Source of the DNA: a virus | Taxonomy: Duplodnaviria; Caudoviricetes | Length of the DNA stretch: 28,447 nucleotides | IMG/VR virus record: IMGVR_UViG_3300049859_000116 | Location: 1 to 28,447 of that record | Direction: 5' to 3' (one strand) | Part shown: positions 25,708-28,447 of the stretch, one piece after another | Layout of the letters: every line of letters starts with the position of its first letter | How positions within the stretch are numbered: position 1 is the first letter of the stretch | The notes under the pieces: generated by a model | Seen by the model: only the letters and a program-made list of their open reading frames with translations | Databases searched by the model: none | Told to the model about the DNA's origin: nothing | Made by a program: the position numbers and the translations under genes

Positions 25708-25895
25708 TGTTATATCACACATTTTTGTTTTTATTTTTTCAAATTGGTCACTGCATCATATTTGAGATTGGGTTATGTATTTTCCAACGCCGTAAGTTCA
25801 GTTGGAAATCAGCCGGGGGCATCGTATTGATGTCTTTGGCGATTATTTACATGGTGGGTGATGTGGCGAGAATGTTCGAGATGTTTTATTGGTAG
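25704..25895 (+). CDS. Small two-TM membrane protein
   Basis: Two hydrophobic stretches separated by QRRKFSWK; coupled to the upstream gene; ends TAG. Confidence 0.55.
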   Translation: MMLYHTFLFLFFQIGHCIIFEIGLCIFQRRKFSWKSAGGIVLMSLAIIYMVGDVARMFEMFYW

Positions 25896-25927
25896 AATAT
25901 TTTTTCTTGTTCTAGATGAATATGTGC

Positions 25928-26092
25928 TTACCGGATTATTTCATCCCATAGTTCATTAGAAGCCCCAAGACAATGCATCGATCTGCCGGATATGAACATT
26001 ATGTCAATGCAGCCATCTGATTTTTTAAATGTAATCGATTTGACAATTTGCCACGGGAATTCATTCCATGGAACGTACACTTGGTCATCCAT
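25928..26092 (-). CDS. Small hypothetical protein (54 aa), not in ORF track
   Basis: Manual translation MDDQVYVPWNEFPWQIVKSITFKKSDGCIDIMFISGRSMHCLGASNELWDEIIR-TAA; start overlaps the stop of 26085..26330. Confidence 0.45.
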   Translation of the reverse strand: MDDQVYVPWNEFPWQIVKSITFKKSDGCIDIMFISGRSMHCLGASNELWDEIIR

Positions 26093-26330
26093 TATTTTCA
26101 TCCAGAATATTTAGAATCATTCGATTCCATTTCTTGTAATTTTCTGATCGGACATTTTCATTTCTTAGACAGATCAGTGTGCAGCATAAAGAATTCATGA
26201 TGATATCCAATGATTGCATATTGCATTTTGGATATTTCTGTTTCATCATTTTATAGACGGCTTGTCCGACTTCCAGACATTCTTTACTGTCTTCGTCGTT
26301 CAATGGTGGCTGTTCGTTCATTCGAAACAT
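26085..26330 (-). CDS. Helical protein, paralogue A of a tandem pair
   Basis: MNSLCCTLICLRNENVRSENYKKWNRMI aligns with the next gene. Confidence 0.65.
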   Translation of the reverse strand: MFRMNEQPPLNDEDSKECLEVGQAVYKMMKQKYPKCNMQSLDIIMNSLCCTLICLRNENVRSENYKKWNRMILNILDENNG

Positions 26331-26569
26331 TCCAATGTTTGTTGTACCATTTTATTAAATCTGTCCCATTTTTCTGGTTTTACGCAATTTCTTCGGAACA
26401 GGACCAATGTAGCGCATAATGTATTCATGAACATTTCAAATCCATCTGGTGTATTAAGATCCACGCGATCAGCCAATCTATAAAACAGATCTTTTGCATT
26501 TTCTGACACTTGTTGGATTTTTTCTGGGGTAAAGTCAATTGTTTCCATATATTTTGATGTATTTTCCAT
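26318..26569 (-). CDS. Helical protein, paralogue B of a tandem pair (start reassigned to MENTSK)
   Basis: MNTLCATLVLFRRNCVKPEKWDRFNKMV aligns with 26085..26330. Confidence 0.65.
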   Translation of the reverse strand: MENTSKYMETIDFTPEKIQQVSENAKDLFYRLADRVDLNTPDGFEMFMNTLCATLVLFRRNCVKPEKWDRFNKMVQQTLECFE

Positions 26570-26582
26570 GTAAGTGTTTCTG

Positions 26583-26798
26583 TTAGGTTTCTGGTGGTTT
26601 ATAGACAAATTTCGCTTCATGATTTGGCATTGGGCAACAATCAGCGCACCATGCGATCATGGCTTCTTTTCCGATGACCCCCATACCCGCTGGTTTCCCG
26701 CATTTACATGTAATGACATTCCCCGCCCCATCATACATAAATACCGATTGGGGATTGGGCCATCTGATACCCACAGTAGTACCGTATTCAGCTTCCAT
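26583..26798 (-). CDS. Small Cys-rich protein
   Basis: CKCGKPA...WCADCC; start overlaps the upstream stop. Confidence 0.55.
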   Translation of the reverse strand: MEAEYGTTVGIRWPNPQSVFMYDGAGNVITCKCGKPAGMGVIGKEAMIAWCADCCPMPNHEAKFVYKPPET

Positions 26799-26979
26799 TT
26801 TGATCCCTGCTGGATAGATCCCGTTTCACATTCTTATGGGTGCGATTAGAGACACATGCCGGGCATTGTATACCCCGTCTTGGGTTATGATTGGAGCAGT
26901 GGGATGATATTCTTTCAGCATATACCCAAGATTCTTTTCGATGTTCTTTCCCGGATTTAATTGATTTATTCAGGGACAT
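26788..26979 (-). CDS. Small basic Cys/His protein (start reassigned to MSLNKS)
   Basis: MSLNKSIKSGKEHRK...CSNH...CPACVSNR pattern, which I recall from a recurrent phage hypothetical family. Confidence 0.65.
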   Translation of the reverse strand: MSLNKSIKSGKEHRKESWVYAERISSHCSNHNPRRGIQCPACVSNRTHKNVKRDLSSRDQNGS

Positions 26980-27211
26980 GATATTTTCCATCATCTATAG
27001 GCAAAGTACCATCTTTTTTTCTTTTGTATATTCTCAAGGCAGCTTCCAAAGAGTTTACAGCGTGAGAATACCCCACTATTTTCCCATCTGTAAAACCAGC
27101 GGGGCATTCGGTTGGATCGGGGATAGATGTCATAACTTTGATATTCAATTTCATCCCATGGAGTGTAGATGTAATTAAATCCAATAAATATTCTTCATCA
27201 TTCTGGGACAT
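26966..27211 (-). CDS. Hypothetical protein (start reassigned to MSQNDE)
   Basis: GGGGG upstream of ATG 27211; the longer ORF overlaps 27198..27434. Confidence 0.55.
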   Translation of the reverse strand: MSQNDEEYLLDLITSTLHGMKLNIKVMTSIPDPTECPAGFTDGKIVGYSHAVNSLEAALRIYKRKKDGTLPIDDGKYHVPE

Positions 27212-27434
27212 CTGGCCCCCATGCACCATCTTCCACATCCCACCTTGTTTTCCATCTGTCCAAGTATTCATGGTATTGTGGTTTGGTGCTGCATAATTTG
27301 AATGAATCAAATACGATACGCATGCACATACCCACTGCGGTACGTCCGTCAATGCGGTGATCTTTGAATAGATCCACTATGGCATTCATGATTTTTAAGT
27401 CATGTGTATTGGCAGTGCATTCATCATCGTTCAT
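27198..27434 (-). CDS. Hypothetical helical protein
   Basis: 78 aa, GGGGGA RBS, directly downstream of tRNA-Ile. Confidence 0.55.
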   Translation of the reverse strand: MNDDECTANTHDLKIMNAIVDLFKDHRIDGRTAVGMCMRIVFDSFKLCSTKPQYHEYLDRWKTRWDVEDGAWGPDVPE

Positions 27435-27453
27435 TGTTCCCCCATTGTTTTTA

Positions 27454-27525
27454 TGGACTTCCGTGGAGTCGAACCACGTACCTGTTGCATATCAGACAAC
27501 CTATCTACCGATGATATAGAAGTCC
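27454..27525 (-). tRNA. tRNA-Ile(GAU), CCA not encoded
   Basis: GGACTTC TA TATC ATCGGTA GATA G GTTGT CT-GAT-AT GCAAC AGGTA CGTGG TTCGACT CCACG GAAGTCC A; all four stems pair; A73, C4-G69 and U12-A23 fit Ile identity; U15-A48 Levitt pair. Confidence 0.88.
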
Positions 27526-27537
27526 CCATTTAATGAT

Positions 27538-27612
27538 TGGGAATGGTTGGAATCGAACCAACGACCAAAACATTTTAGATTATGTTCTCTCTAACCACTG
27601 AGCTACATTCCC
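27538..27612 (-). tRNA. Atypical tRNA with 8-nt anticodon loop AAUCUAAA (amber-suppressor-like CUA), CCA not encoded
   Basis: GGGAATG TA GCTC AGTGGTTA GAGA G AACAT AATCTAAA ATGTT TTGGTC GTTGG TTCGATT CCAAC CATTCCC A; perfect acceptor, anticodon and T stems; one D-stem mismatch; isotype uncertain. Confidence 0.75.
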
Positions 27613-27629
27613 TGAATTTTAGACTTCTT

Positions 27630-27641
27630 AGCTACATTCCC
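27630..27641 (-). repeat. 12-bp direct repeat of the tRNA 5' end
   Basis: GGGAATGTAGCT at 27630-27641 and 27601-27612. Confidence 0.7.
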
Positions 27642-27693
27642 GTATTTTTTACCGTATAGCGACATGTCCATATTGTTCTGTATTGCCATCTAT

Positions 27694-27912
27694 TCACTTG
27701 GGGGCAATATTGTCATTTGTCGCTTCTGTCTGTTTGTCATCTGGCTTCGCATCCATCTCTTCCACCATCTCCAATATGCCATCAATCATCATGATCATCA
27801 TTTCAATTCGACCCTTATCTCCGATCAGCCCATCCCGCTTCTCCCTGACCTTTTGAATGTACTCTTTCTTCTCAGCCAAATTACCCATCCCAGGCATCTG
27901 TTCCATATTCAC
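27694..27912 (-). CDS. Small coiled-coil protein
   Basis: 72 aa, GGGGTGA RBS, first gene downstream of the non-coding tract. Confidence 0.6.
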   Translation of the reverse strand: MNMEQMPGMGNLAEKKEYIQKVREKRDGLIGDKGRIEMMIMMIDGILEMVEEMDAKPDDKQTEATNDNIAPK

Positions 27913-27989
27913 CCCATTGTTGTTCCATACATTAAATACATATACGCATTTTCACGCCAGTACATTTTGTCCCATTAAGATTATGTTAA

Positions 27990-28447
27990 GTACGGAATAT
28001 TGGGGCCAGTATTTTTTCCCCGGGGAATATTTTCCGATTTCTGATTTTTCTATAGGTATCGGAAAATCGGAATTTTTTTATTGGGTAATTTTTTTTGGGA
28101 AGTTATGGAATTTTTTCTTATGTACTTTTTTAAATTTGGCTTAGAAGTTGTCAGAATTTTTTTAGAGCCGCTTATGTCAAAAATTTTGTTGTGTGCTTTT
28201 TTTAAATTTGACCCAGATCTTGTGTTGGGGTCTAGATTCACATTTATTACAACTAGGTACTTTATTAGCGCATGGTACCCCCCATGACAATTTAATACTT
28301 TAGTGATCATGGCATTAAATATTTTAGTACCATGTTCCGGCTGTTGGTACCATGTTAACCAACCCAAGTTAAGACGTTTGTGCCCATCAGTAGGTTAACA
28401 AGTGCCTAAGTATCATGCATTTAAGTAATTATTTGTCATTGCTACGT
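27990..28447. repeat. AT-rich non-coding tract with palindromes, inverted and direct repeats
   Basis: TTCCCCGGGGAA palindrome 28016-28027; ATTTTCCGAT/ATCGGAAAAT inverted repeat 28029-28038/28058-28067; TTTTTTAAATTTG at 28126 and 28198; repeated T-tracts; GTAC/CATG cluster 28257-28354. Confidence 0.6.

Noticed and set aside
25704-25895. Holin call for the two-TM peptide
   Set aside because: No endolysin or spanin nearby and orientation is opposite to the late genes; left as membrane protein
26966-27215. Two neighbouring ORFs both ending in VPE
   Set aside because: By-product of overlapping the next genes' similar starts (ATGTCCCTGAAT, ATGTCCCAGAAT), not a shared functional tail
27538-27612. 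tRNA-Pyl or tRNA-Arg(UCU) assignment
   Set aside because: Normal-length D-loop with GG, A73 and no pyl genes argue against Pyl; no U33 before UCU and no A20 argue against Arg
27990-28447. CRISPR array, or ORFs 28050..28367 and 28081..28287
   Set aside because: Repeats are short, degenerate and irregularly spaced; the ORFs are K/N- or F-rich translations of T-tracts without a convincing RBS

Overview
The window is a 28.4-kb slice of a tailed dsDNA phage (or prophage) of podovirus architecture. The minus strand carries a nearly complete morphogenesis operon running from ~22243 to 305: terminase large subunit, P22-like portal, scaffold, N4-gp56-family major capsid, decoration protein, head-tail adaptor, tail nozzle, three ejection proteins, nine modular fibre/spike genes and a small lipoprotein. 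From ~22340 to the end is an accessory region of small genes (SPFH/band-7 protein, ribbon-helix-helix regulator, Cys-rich proteins, a tandem paralogue pair), two tRNA genes and an AT-rich, repeat-rich non-coding tract. I could not recognise an integrase, replication genes, an endolysin or a small terminase. Main points of interest: (1) an atypical tRNA with an 8-nt anticodon loop containing U-CUA-AA (amber-suppressor-like), together with a TAG stop that sits in frame 3 nt before the next fibre gene; (2) a shared AT-rich dyad motif upstream of several virion modules; (3) four copies of an E1-FCCH-like domain, including a stand-alone gene mirroring the insert of the capsid decoration protein; (4) a terminase nuclease motif lacking its usual last Asp; (5) small genes missed by the ORF track, namely a lipoprotein, an antisense 29-aa peptide with its own promoter and a basic protein. 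All family assignments come from motif recognition and synteny by eye, not from database searches.
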